This document shows positions 24,273 through 37,714 of a stretch of 64,000 nucleotides of DNA, in pieces. Origin of the DNA: Lama glama (taxonomy: Eukaryota); assembly GCA_028534125.1 (NCBI GenBank), contig CM052816.1:88414001-88478000 (forward strand), given 5' to 3'. The translations under genes and the position numbers were made by a program. A model generated the notes under the pieces. That model made no database searches, was not told the DNA's origin, and was given only the letters and a program-made list of their open reading frames with translations. The first letter of the stretch is position 1, and each line of letters opens with the position of its first letter.

Positions 24273-27200
24273 TTGCATTTACTGTCAATTTGACTTACAA
24301 TGCTCTTTATCCAGGTTTTATCATAGATGGATTTTCTCACCATTTAGTTAGTTCACAGCTCAAAAGTTTTCTTTCAAAAAGGTTTCCCCTAGCTATCCTC
24401 CCAACTGCCTTCAATCACAGGAATCATGAGGCTTTCCCTTTTCCTTTCTTAGTAACTCAGAATGTGTCTTATCTGCTATGCATTCATAGTCTGTCTTCTC
24501 CCACAAGAATGTAATATCTATGTGACCTACAGTTTTAACTTTTTAAAATTTCTTCAGGTAAGCCAATTTACTTCCAAAAAATTTGTCCTCAGTATATGTT
24601 ATTGAATAAAGAGTAGAAATAAATCCACTAAGTCCAAGTATATTTCCTGTTGTTTTCTTTTCCCTAAAGATTGGCTTTGCACAATCATATTAGTTACAGA
24701 AACACGACTAAGAATTTTTGTGATTGTATAGTTCCCACTTCACAAAACTCTTCCAATTATTGCCACTGCCTAAGGATTGATTTAAGGTAGATTAAATAAC
24801 AAGCAATTATATGCACTGCCTTCTATAGCATCAGTGGATTTTTAAATTTCTTCTGTGAAAAAAATAACGTAATTATGTATTCCTTTCATTATAATCTTGG
24901 GTTATTTGTTTTTATAGGAAGCTCACATAAACGACCATTGATACTGTTTTTCAGGTAATGAAAATTCTCCTAGAGCCTTCCCATCATCTTTTATTGTTTC
25001 AATCTAATTTGTTGAGTGATGCGTTTTGTTTTACTTTGTTCCTATTATTTCCCTTCTCCTATTCCAAGCAGTTCCAGACTTTTCATAGTCTCTCACTCCA
25101 GGGATATTTACAATCTTCAAAGCAAATAATCCTTGATTCGATTAGCAGTTGTTGCCTTTTGAAAAGTACAAGCATAATAAATGGTATGCATTAGGTTTGT
25201 TTAGGGGTGGAGAGGTGGGGGAGGGAGTTAAGGACCTTTCAGGACAGTATGAGATGAGATTATTTTCATTCCCTGACTTGGAAGGGGATAGACATCTGTA
25301 TGTCTTTCTCCTGGATAGCTGTAGATGGATGACTGAGCCTCAGATGTTTTCTAGCATCATCAAAGTTTCCCTTGCCCCTTGAATTGCCTGAAAATAGGAG
25401 ATTCTTAGAACCTGATAAAAGCTTTTCAGATGAGACAATGCATTTCTTGGTGGTGACCAGAGGGGATGGATCACCATGATCAAAGAAGCATCAAAGTGCT
25501 TTGGAGATGTGTGTAAAAACCTAGAATTTTTGTGCAATGTCTAAGCAGCAAGTAGCAATCATAGCTGGGACTGAGTTTCCCATGAGCCCATTACAATGTC
25601 GTTTTAAAAATAAAGAAATTGGATTTAAAGAAATTTTTAAATGTTTCACTTTATCAATACCTAGGTGTGCAGTTCTAAAAACCATTTTTGTTATTTCACC
25701 AAGGACATTCCCTTATGTAATGGCTGCCCATGTAAGTTTTCTCTGGCAAAAACAAAAACAAAAAAAGTTTTCTTTCTTCAACACTAAATTACCTTTAAGC
25801 ATTACAAACTTATTGCTAAGGAATGTCAATAACACAATTAACTAACTGGTCAATATAAAAACAATTTATATGGATAAGATTAGTAAATTCAAGAGAGAAT
25901 AAATCATTTATGGGAGCTGAGTCAATTAAAATCAAGTGGTGAGTCAAACAAAACTAAAATATTATGCATTATCTGAAGTTGCAGAGAAATGTCTGACATT
26001 TGAAGGTCATATAAGAAAGTCTTCAGAAAATGGAGACTGTTTTACATATATTAACACAAGATTGAAAGAACTGCATATTTCTCCATAGAGGTTGAAAATT
26101 TCGAGGGTAGAGATGGCTGTGTATTCAACTGCTTCTTATTATTTGTGACCATTTCTTGCTTCATTACCTTTCCTCAGAAAGAGGTAATAAATGCAAAATT
26201 TTCTGTCAAAACTCAACCTCCATTCTCACATAACTCATACCTGATTTCAGCATAAATGTCATGTCATGTAATGTGCATTTTTCAACAGAGCTGAAAAGAG
26301 ACTTTTTTTAAAATTGAAAGAAAGCATGCCTACTTGATTTTCTACTTCTCAAAACCACCATCCTTTGTTTTTCTGATGTGGGCATAATACATTCTGTAAA
26401 AGAAGGTTCATATATGCATACTAGCATACAAAGAAGCTGTACAAAAACAGTGGGCAGCATCTGAATATACCATACCGAAATATGCTACCCAGAAATAGAA
26501 CTTTTATTAGAAACTTCCCACATCGGAGCTATGGCAACAACTTACTCAATAGAGCTCCTTATCTGATCCAAAGTGCTTGTACCTACATTGTGACTTCAGT
26601 AATGGACTATAATGAATTTTTCCTAAACAACCATTGTGTAACTGTTTGCACATCATTATAAGAAATGTGTCTTTAAGGAGGAAATTGGAATTCAATATTC
26701 AAGACATTTGAAAGGAGAAAGTCAATAAAGTGATAAAGATGAGATAGATGGTTAGACGAAAGTAGTGACCCCGCGTCTTTGTCGGTTGAGCTGGTGCAAT
26801 GTTGCGTGAAAGATTATTGAGAAGGGCTTTTAAAAGGTTATTATTCTATTCTACTGAAAGTATTAAGAAAACATTTTTTTTAACTGAAAGTTTTTAACTC
26901 AATTTTTTCCCCGTATGCTGGTCTCTCCAATTTCTCAACACTGAAATAGAACCCTGTGAAGTTTCTGCTCTAGCTCAGCAATTCTGTGACTTGGAAATGA
27001 TCTGTTTGCAACACGCCGGAGGCCTGTTTTAGCAGGACCCTCCCCCTTCACTAATATACGGGTGTAGCATTGCTAGGGGAGGATTTCTGCCATCTTTATC
27101 CGGCTGCAAATGGCCAGGAAAGGAGATCTGAGCAGAATTTATTTTCTAAATGGAAGTAAAGAAGAGCAGGAAGTCCCAAATGACAGTCAAGATTATTCAA

Positions 27201-29395
27201 TCCAGCAGATCTATGACTGCAGGCTGTTTATAAATAAAAAGCAAGTTCAATCAATCGATGATGTGAACATTATGAAAAAATCCCGTATGTTTATATATTG
27301 GTTTATTTGATCAATTCTGCGGTATGTAACCAATTCTCCTCTTGTAACTGACACCCAAAATCTACCCTATGCAAACTCCCTAATGACCCCATTCATGCTC
27401 CAGCATCCACTTTTGTTCTCTCCACCTCAGGGACGCCCTTCTTTCTCTTTATAACCTTGAACATCACACTCATGGGGTTGACCTTCCAGGCAGAAGTCCT
27501 CCTTATTCAGCTTGAACTCTGAACAACCACTAGGATGCTAGAGTTTCTCAGCTCTCTTTTTCAGGCAGATACTGACCTACCTTGCTCAGCCACACATAGA
27601 AGATTTTGAACTGAATTATTTAAGAAGGGAAGAAAAGGGGATGATGAAGAGGACTAGATAAAAATCAAGATTTTGACTTTTGGTCTATAAAATGATTCTG
27701 GATTTTTATATGACTAACAAATGGCAATAGCTAGCTGTAAGAACAAAGCAGTTACAATGGTTGGAATCAAGTTAAGCTGATATATGTAAATATTAGGTAT
27801 TCGTTCTTCATTTTCATTTAATTGATTGCACATGTGCTGACATTTTTGTTTTCTGTTTAATGATTTGTTTTATTGATGACTACTCTCTTGATTAATTACA
27901 TGTACTCTTTATGCCAATGGGAACTCCTGGCATCAGGATGGAGGGTAGAAACATTGATCAGTTAATGGAATGGACATATAACCTTAAGTCAACAACATTT
28001 ATCAGAGTACTCAGAATCAGGAAGAAGAATATTATTTAGCAGTAGTCTCAGGGAAAAAAAAAGAATCAGACAGAAAAGGAATCATATAGTCAAGCATATA
28101 CTGGCAAAAAATAAAGAAGATAACCTACAGAATCACTTACAGGACCAAGACATATATGACCCTTGGGAGAGAGGGAGAAAAGGAAAGAGGGACAGAGAGA
28201 GAGAGAGAGACTCATTATGGTCATTGTTTCATCTCAGTGCAGTCTAAGGATTCCTGGCTGTCAATACTCATCAGAAGAAGAAAGTTAGAAAAGTACTACT
28301 ATTTAAAATATCTTTTAGATATATCATAAATTCCATGAATTTTTTTTTAACTCATGAAACAAGTGAATGGTGAAGTCATGTTCCATTTTCATACTTAAGA
28401 ATCACTAGTGGTTGGAACTCTTCAATGTTCTTCTGGACTGAGTTGACACAAGAATAGATATTATCATTCAAATGTTCTAAAATCATTAACATGTTTTGTT
28501 TGTACATCAGTCTAGCCAAGGAATGCATTGTTTTTATGCTAGGGGGCGGGTTTTGGGTTTTGGTTGTTTTTAAAGTTTATTTTAACATTATAAATATGTG
28601 TAATAAAGCCATGGCCTATTAAATAACTACATTGTTTAAATCTGAAGAAGTTTTAAATTATTTTTATATGCCTGAGATAGGTGAGTGTTTTTCTGGTTGG
28701 GGAATATCATGTTTTATTCCTTTCATCTTCCAGAATAGAGCAGGCTATGGCTACTCTCCAGAGTTGTCTTGCTCTGTAACTGAAATAGTAATTCAGGTTT
28801 CCAACACAAAGAGTATGGCAGATATGTGCTGGACTGATATTGTGTTTAACTGACATGGTGCTCATCAAATGAGTTAATATTTGCTTCATCTTTTATTAAA
28901 ACCATCGTTGTTTTAAAATAGCACTATCAGCTACTATAACTCCATACGATATAACGATATATAAGGGAAAATAATTGAATAATGCTGGCTTTACCCCTAA
29001 GAGAAAGTATAATATATTAAAATAATCTCATGGATAAAAGACAGGTAATATTTATAACAGGCTCAGGTATGACATTAAACAGCAATGATTTAGAACAAAT
29101 AACTCTTGATATCAGTTTCCTTCTGTGAGGAATTAAATAGTTGAAATGAGCTCCCCATAAGATTCCTTCATCTCTAAAATTCTTTTATTCCTTTCCTATT
29201 TGCTTACTTCCTCTTCTTCCATTTCCTTTCATTAACTCAAGCCTCTTCCATCACATAAAGTACTACTGTATTTTTCTCCTTTTCTTTAGAATCTGACTCT
29301 AGTTTTCTGAATATTGTTTATTAAAATTACTTTTGTCTGTCAATGTTTTTGTGTATATGTGAAGAGGAAAACAAAATGAACCCTCTATTACTTAA

Positions 29396-29909
29396 TGTAT
29401 TAGTCATTGTCACAATAAGTCTGCACAATGAACCACCCCTCAAATCCACTGGCTTCCTTCTGGGTGCTAGATGACTCCAGGATCTCCTGCTGCATTGGTG
29501 AATAGACGCTTCATCAGGTGCATCTCTCAAAGCGGGCACTTGCTGCCGGGATAAAATGAGGTCCCACACTTCTGGCTCCTGGCTCAGCACGTGAGAGGCT
29601 TGGTCGGCTCTCCATGTCTCTCATCCTCATTGAACAGGTAGGCTAGTGGGGTAGGTGCCTTTCACAGTAATAGCAGAAGGGGAAGAGCTAAAGACCAACC
29701 ACACGAGTACATTCCATGCCTTTGTTGCCTGTGGCCAATGCGAATATCCCATCAGCCAAAGCAAGACATGCTGGGCCCAGATGTGAGTGGTAGGAAACTG
29801 AAGTCCACCTTTACTGCTTCATTAGCAGACTGGGAGGAACTGAGACGTCTCACATGGAAAGACACTGATGCAAGTTGAAAAATCTGGGCTGCTAATTCAA
29901 GATGTCACA
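29396..29909 (-). mobile_element. Old MaLR LTR (MLT1H/I-like)
   Basis: tgtattagtcattgtcacaata start, tcccatcagccaaagcaagacatg, ends gtcaca. Confidence 0.65.
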
Positions 29910-30210
29910 CTTTCCACGTACTTTGGTGTGAGATATATTGTTTTCAAATTTTGATTTAGTCAAAATTGAGGGACTTTTCCCTTTATTTATTTCTTGTCAT
30001 TCCTCCCGACCCTTTCAGCCAGCCATGATGGACAGAGCTCATTCTAGTTCTAACCAACCTCTTGTTCCATGGATTGCATCATGCAAATACAGTCTTTCTA
30101 CCCTTATTTCTGCTGACAGAGCTGCTGTGGACCAAGCAAGTGGTGCTTCTGTGGTCCAACAGAAATCAGCCACCCAGCTTTTTTTCTGAAGAAAGATACT
30201 TGCTAAATCC

Positions 30211-30480
30211 TTTTTTTTTTTATAATTGATGTTTAGTTTATGTACAATATCTTACAAGTTTCGGGTATACAATATAGTGATTCACAATTTTTAAAGGTTA
30301 TACAACATTTATAGTTATTGCAAAGTGTTGGCTATATTCCCTGTGCTGGACAACATATCCTTGTAGCTTACTTGTTTTATACATAGTAGTTTGTACCTCT
30401 CAGTCTCCTACCCTTTTCTCCCCTCCCCCATTCCCTCTCCTCACTGGTAACCACTAGTTTGTTTTCTTTATCTGTGAGTT
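30211..30480 (-). mobile_element. Cetartiodactyl-type L1 3' end
   Basis: Poly-T, then tatagtgattcacaatttttaaaggttata, ttggctatattccctgtgctg, ctggtaaccactagtttgtt. Confidence 0.85.
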
Positions 30481-32239
30481 GATAAAAATTGTTTTAATGG
30501 AATCTGTGAGAGAACATGCAAATTATGAATATATAATATCCAGACAAATATCAATTCAATCTGAGCTACCAAATGAGAGATCATATTGGAGCTAAATAGC
30601 AAGTGGGAGATAATTGGTTATGACTTTTAATATAATTTTTCTCAAAATATAGGTTGGCTTAGAGCAATGAACTAAATAGATGAGTTAATTTTAAAATGCC
30701 ACTTTAGGATTACCTGAACAATATAATACTATTATTCTCTATGGAACTTGTCCAGAGAATTCATTTCAAAGTGAAGAACTCATTTCAATCACAGAAATAC
30801 ATCCATCTGTCTTTCTATGTAGCAATGTACCCATATTCTGTAAAATATATTATGTATTCACATGCTATAAAATACCCAATTTTTTTTGTAATAATAGCTA
30901 ATGATAATTGAATGATTTTTTTGTCCTGTTTAATGTTATTAAACTTTTAGCTTCTAATTCTAATTAGTTACTCAAAATTAGTCTATTTTTTTAAAATAAA
31001 AATGGCTTACCTCAGATAAATAACATGTAATATCTGAAATATCAAACATAGTGCAAAAGAAAATCTCAGAAAATTAAAATACAGTTGGTCAAGTTATACG
31101 AAGTCAATTCTGATGGCTTTGTGAGTGAAAGGCTACTAGAAATATTGGTCCCGGTAACTGAAACAACCAAAAATTGCTTCTGGCACTTTAATCTGACACT
31201 GAATATGCAGACATGGAGAAATCTCTGTTATTCATTTGGTATGTTAAATTGTTCCAAATGTACAACAAAGATATTCGAAAACACTACTGCTATAAATATT
31301 TATGTAGTGACTTTTCCAATATTTCAAAGTTGGAGACCAACACTGGATAAAGAAAAGTTTAGAACATTGTCATTTGGAGGAAGTGGTTATAATTTTGAAT
31401 GCCTTCAATATCCAGGCAAGTAATATGAACAAGAGGCGGCTGCTGGGTGGGGGACGAGGCATAAATCAGAGAATGCACAACCTGTCTCTTAACATAAAAC
31501 TTACATTAAAAAAAAAAAACAAAAACAGAAAGATTAAAACAAAAAACAAAAAACTCAGGCTTATATCCACTGTGGCAGAAAAGAAGGGGCCAGACCCTGG
31601 GGCTTTCATGCCCAGGTTAAAGCTGTCCATACTTTCAGAGATCTGCACTCTTAGCCCAAACAACTCCATTCTGAGCCCTTTTCATGTAGGGACCCTCAGC
31701 CAAGGACATTCCCAGGCATTTCTTTATAAGAAGATATTTAACTACTAAAATAGTAAATGATTATTAAATGAATAAAGTTTAATTTCTTCTTGATTCCCTT
31801 TTGATAAGTTGTTTATTTAGTAGTATTGTTTATCTAAAATTTAAAATATACTATAGAAAGTTAATAGTATTCGTTGATTTTATTCATAATATTTAAAACA
31901 TTTTCTTTTTTTCATGGCTGTTTTTATCTGTGCCTTTCATTTTAATTAAAATTGTCCTTGTTTACCTTTACAGTCTATTTTTTTCCTGGGTCTCCATGTT
32001 TTCCTCCCAACTGGCAGCTTCCTAGTTTAGCCTGCCTTCACTCACTGTCCTTCCTGCTCTCTGGATCTTCTGTCTCTTCTACCTAATCCATCTTCCGTAT
32101 TGATTTCAGATTTGTCTTACGATGCATCTTCCATTACTTAAACTCCCCTGCTGAAAAACTTTCAGCCACTCTTCATTTTTATTAAAAAAGGAATGATTTT
32201 AGTCTACTAATCTGAACTTCTACAATAAAGCCTTAGAGG

Positions 32240-33000
32240 ATTGATTCAAAAATAATTAATACATGCCTATTATATGTCAAGGAAGGGTAGAGTCTGGTCA
32301 ACAAAATCATAACAGTTCCCTCTTCCATGTCATTTCATTCTAATGAAAGAGTAAATTATCAATCAAATAATCATAAATGCATGTAAAATTTTGGAGCTGA
32401 GAGGTGTTACAAAGGAAAAGAATTAATCCTATGTGAATGTGAAACAGAGGCATTTAATTTCCTTAGGGACATCAGTAACCATTCCTCAAAGGAGCCATGC
32501 TTCTGCTGATAACTGAATAACAAATAACATTCAGCTCAACCAGAAGGGACAGTTTGGCCTTCCAGGGAAAGAGCAAAGACCCCATGAAAAAGAGAAGGGA
32601 TACTAGCATGGCTGGAAAGGAGTAAGCAATGCTGCAGATGGCTTGAGGGGATAGGAAGGAGACAGACCATGAAGAGCTGTCATGACCACATTAAGGAAAT
32701 TGGTCTTCACTGGTCTTCACTGGTGCACAATACCACTTCCAATTGCATCAATGATCACACTTGTGTTTTGGACAAAGTTTTGTACAACATTTTACAAAAC
32801 CCATTGTGTTTTGTAAAGAGAGAGGTTCAGAAGAGGTCAGAGGGACTATAATGAAGTATCTGGGGCAGGATTCCAGGTAAGAGATGATTGCTGCTTGTAC
32901 TAAAATTGTAGACAATGCAAAGATTACTGGATAGAGGCAAATTATATTTTAGAGATAGAAATGATGAGACATAATGGATGTTGAGTTTGAATGGTTTTGA
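32240..33000 (-). mobile_element. L2 LINE fragment
   Basis: ttgattcaaaaataattaatacatgcctattatatgtcaagg start; gaccacattaaggaaattggtctt; ttccaggtaagagatgattg. Confidence 0.6.
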
Positions 33001-35579
33001 GAATGAGTTTTTTTTTAATTTTATTTCTCTAATATATTTCATATAGCTTCATATTTTTTTCACATCTATCTTGTCTTAAGACAGGTTTTAGTGTAATCTT
33101 TAACAGAGACTTAACAATAGACCTCAATAAAATGTTTTACTGTATTTCGATCTTACTTTTGCAGGCCAACTGGCTCCAAAAGTAATCCCCTGCAAAATGT
33201 ATTATCTATTCAACTCATACTTCTTTGTTTAGTATTATTCAATACTTCCAAAAGTGACATAAGTTTCTGAATATTGTATGCGGGCTTTTTTTCCCATCAT
33301 TTATGATTTCCACAACCTCACTTTTCCAAATAGATTCTAACTGTCATGTCTGTACACGCATTTTTTCTCTGCCTGTGGACATTCCTGGAGAGTTCTTTTT
33401 TTATTGTCAAACAAGCACACTAACATCACAACGTCCACATCACAGGTATCACCTCTTTAGTCAACCCTTACCTGAGTTTCTAAACACTCTTCCTTTTGCC
33501 CTAATTCTGTATCTGCAAATTTTTATATTATATCTGGAATGCCTCTGCATTGTTTTCCTTCTTGTTGTTTGCCTGTTTGCTCTTTCACAAAGCTACCTCT
33601 CAAACCAAAAAAAAAAAAAAAAAGAAAAAAAAGTAATGCCTGGTTATACATTATTTGTGTGATTTTGTTTCTAGAAGATATACTTGTTAAATAGTAGATC
33701 ATCATTAAATGGTTTACTTTTGAACTGGAAAAAATGTTCTATGTGTTTTCAAAAAAAAAACTTTATTTATTTGTAAAGTTGTATTTTTAAAAGGCAATAT
33801 TAGAATTAAGGTTACCATATTCACCTTCTAATTCTAATTTTGCTGACCAGTATCATTTTTTAAAAATTTTATATAAGTAAACAAGGATGCATACATTCTC
33901 AGTGATTTTAATTTAGTCTTTAGACTCTGATTAATTCAGAGACTAAATTGTCCAATATAATGTATTAATGGATGCTGTTGAAAGTTTTGCTAGAAATTTT
34001 AAGAAGACAATATTTAATATTCCAAAATCAGAGTTGAAGCTATTGCATTTCTTTGGTATACTGAACTTCATAGATTTGGAAAATCAAGGCTTAATCATCA
34101 TTCATGTTTGATAAGCCTATCTCTAGTAGCTCTGATGACAGTAAAAAAGATTTTCATAATAAGCAATAGAAATTCATCTGAACACATGTAATAATGTTTG
34201 CTTTGCTTGTTTATTAGATTTGTCCTCATTTAGAAATTCCGTACTGGTCCCATTTGTATATTCTTTATTTTGTGTCAAAAATATTAGTCAAATTATTTTG
34301 GGTACCATGGTCGGAATATTGAAACCATTCCTCAATGTCCACCTTATAGATTGAATAATATATCAGTAAAACAAAAATTCTACATCTTTTTAATTATGTT
34401 CTATTCAATGAATATGCCTTTGATTATTAGTGAAGTTGTGGTTATGTGTTGCTATGGAGGAAAGGATGGGATTTGACTCAACTCTCATCCCTACTTTCTT
34501 AAGCATTGCTGTAAGAGAAAACAGGTTAAATAAAACTTTCCAACTATTTCTCAGGCCCAAGACAAACACGCTGGGTCTTTCAGAGATACTTAGAACATCA
34601 ATCCTCTAAAACTGATACTTCTGCTTATATTGCCAATAACCTCTAAAATTGATTCAACAGTCTCAACTCTGCTCCATGTCGAGCTACTGGCTCCAGCTCA
34701 AATCATTTTTAATGGGGTAGGAAATGAGACACAAAACACTTTGGGCTTTGCTTGTTGTGTTGGATTTCTCTTACTTTTGACCTATTATATAAGTGGATTG
34801 CATAACATAGTTTTTCAGTGATAATCATCTACAAAGTGTTAATTTTGAAATTTTAACTTCTCTAGGCTTAAAGAAACACTGAATCATTTGGTAGAACCAC
34901 ACACCGTTTCCCTATTTGTGAATTGTTTCAGCAGTGCTTCCTGAATGATTTGAACATTAAGCCACATTTCAGATTGTCCTAGTAACTTATTACCATGTCT
35001 CAGACTCAAAATATAGACTCCTGAAATAGCAATTACTCTGAGGGTGTGATATATAATCAAAGTACTAATTATGGCCACAGTCTGGAATAAATATTCATGT
35101 TTATTAAGTTATTTTAATGTGATGTCATTCGTTTCTTTTTTTGCTACAAATTTTAAAATTTTAGCTTGTGCTTATATCTGCAAGACAAAGCAGTTTACAT
35201 ATATTGCCTTAAAATATATATATATAATAAATGTATTTTTAAAAACTTCTGTGTTTTAAATGATGTTTGACCTCCCTACTCTCTTTCTACACAGTAAATT
35301 TACAATTATAAGAGGAAAATACCATCTCGTGAACAATTTTGTTTTATCTGCTTTTAAAATGTATATGTGACAATGTTAGTAAAATTTTGCATACTAAAAT
35401 AAAGCCATTTTAAATAGATAAGTTCAGTTTGCAATTAAACTTGTTATTTAAAATCACTGTTTTTGTTACGTTGTCCTTTCCGCAAAGAGCACAGACATAT
35501 TTCAATATGTTATATCCTACAATATTTTCCAGTTTACCATAAATAGAGATTTGATTTCCATTAAAAAATAATATTATTT

Positions 35580-35733
35580 GAGGGAGGGTATAGCTTAGTG
35601 GTTAAAGCATATGCTTAGCAAACACGAGGTCCTGTGTTCAATCCCCAGTACCTCCTCCAAATACAAATAAATGAATAAACCTAATTATCTCCCCCTCAAA
35701 AAAATCCCCACAAACAAAATAAATAAAATATTT
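35580..35733 (+). mobile_element. Camelid tRNA-derived SINE (vic-1-like)
   Basis: gggagggtatagcttagtgg (A box), gtgttcaatccccagtacctcc (B box), A-rich tail with aaacctaattatctcccc, 15-bp imperfect TSD. Confidence 0.85.
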
Positions 35734-36277
35734 AAAAATGATATTCTTAAAAAAAAATTTAACTGAAAACAAGATATTTTTAAAGGCCAGCAAAAAAGGG
35801 CTGTGATACCAAGTGGATTAAAATTGGAGATAACTGCACAACAAACATTTACATTAGGCTGTGTATGGTTACTCATGATTAGAAAATTCACCTAGGATTC
35901 TCTTGACATCATAAAGATGGTCATTTGTGACTAAATATTTTGTGCAGGTCTATTTCACCAAGGTCAGAATACTCTGTGATTACAAATAGTATGTGGGTGT
36001 GTCTAGGTGGTGATAGAATCATGGAGTCCATACTTAAAAAAGGAAAATGTGAAAAATCTGCATCTCCAATTAAAATGAATTAATATAATAAGTAAAAAAT
36101 AAGATTAAAGTAATAGCATAAAAGTGCATGAATGCTTAATAGTCAGATTGAGAAAAATCTAAAAATAGATTATATTTGACAATATGCATATCTATTATTG
36201 ATTACATATCTTCTTTGTTTGGATTCTTGACATCTGTGGTAAAATACAAACAATATCTGGCTATCAAATTTGCCATG

Positions 36278-36510
36278 CTGTGCAGAGGTTAAACTCAATA
36301 GCTTTCAGGCCAGAGTACCTGGGTTGAAATCCTTTCCTTATCATTTATTACCTTTGTGATCTTGGAAAAGTATCCTATGGGCCTCAGTTTTCCCTCAGTA
36401 AAATAGTATAGTGATATCACATACCTCAGAGGATTATTGTGAGTATTAAATAAGCAGATTGAATGGAATAGCATTATGCACATAGAACATATTATATGTT
36501 TTAGCTATTT
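36278..36510 (+). mobile_element. MIR SINE
   Basis: acctgggttgaaatcc, ttgtgatcttggaaaagt, gcctcagttttccctcagtaaaat, acctcagaggattattgtgagtattaaata. Confidence 0.85.
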
Positions 36511-37305
36511 ATATGCATGCACATTATATTTACATATATATAAAACATATGACATATTAGCTGTCTGTGGTTTGCATTACATATTAACGTGCCTGTATAT
36601 GCTGATTTCCATCATTCGAAATATTAATTCCAGTGATGTATTCATATAAACATTGGTTTACTTTCAACCTCGATTTCTATTGTCTTATTTTGTAGAAGAA
36701 ATGCTTGATTTGGTTCTATGAAAACAAGAAGAACTCGACACATTTGGCCCATGCCTTAATTTCAAGAAGATTCATTCACATTTTGGCTTTTCAGTAGCAA
36801 AACCTGCCCCTCATGTTGACATCTGAGAGTCTTACATGCCCTGACCGGCCCCCTTCCTTTTACAGAGAAGTAAATGTGGTTTGTGTAACGTAAGGGGGTG
36901 CATGTTTTATCACTCTAGCAACTATCCTTTGAATTCTTAGGAAAGGCGCTCTGTTTGTTGAACGCATTTTGATAAGCCATTTAGAACAAACAAGATTTTG
37001 AAGCTGTGGGAAGAGAGCAGAAACCCAACAGCACAGATGGAATAGCTGCACTAAATTAGAAAAGATGAATAATAATGAGATACCAAGCAAGCACGTTACA
37101 ATCTTGTTATAGGTATTCCGTCCCCTTGGGCAATGTACAGTAAGACTATGTTGCTTTGTTTGAATATATTATGAGTTTCTGAAGGTTGTGTTGCCTACAG
37201 GGGGGAGTGAAAGCTGATGTAAAGGGCTTCTTGCCTCTCAGATTCTCTCTCCAAACCTCCCTATACCCTGCCCACTAACTTACAAGGGCAAAGGACATTT
37301 ATTAG

Positions 37306-37714
37306 TGAAACAGAAAATTGGAGGAAAAAAATGTAGGCTCTGTAACTTGGCTGCTCTCTCAACTACCACAAGTAAAAAATTAATAAACAGAAAACTCAGT
37401 TGAATAAAGTTGGGGGACTGGAAGAGGGAGCTCTTACACTCTGAGACAATAATAGTGCCCAGCAGGAAGAAGAAAGACTCTCCTTTCCCAGCAAAGGACT
37501 CAGCCAATGAGAAGCCGTGTACTCTTTGTTTACCTTAGTCTCTTCCTTCCTGACTTTCCTTTCCCTCTATAAAAATGTTCTCCTTCCTGTGCCTGTGGAG
37601 ACTTGCACATGGCTCACCATGGTTGAAGACCTCAAACTGCAATTCTCTCCTGATCTCAAGTAAGCGCATGTTTACTGGAGAAATCTTTATCAGTCTATTT
37701 GTTTCAGGTCAACA
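37306..37714 (+). mobile_element. ERV1-class solo LTR (MER34/LTR39-like)
   Basis: CCAAT at 37504, TATAAAAA at 37568, U5-type end ctggagaaat...cagtctatttgtttcaggtcaaca; 5' boundary uncertain. Confidence 0.75.

Larger units (their letters stand above)
22300..24615 (+). mobile_element. Fragmented L2 LINE hosting MER8, L1 tails and MLT1D
   Basis: catccactcagttgctcaaactaaaagtcta, ttgaccatgtcactc, ccacaagaatgtaa, and gttattgaataaa end. Confidence 0.6.

Noticed and set aside
35580..35655. tRNA gene
   Set aside because: A/B boxes are degenerate and followed by a SINE body, A tail and TSD, so it is a SINE head
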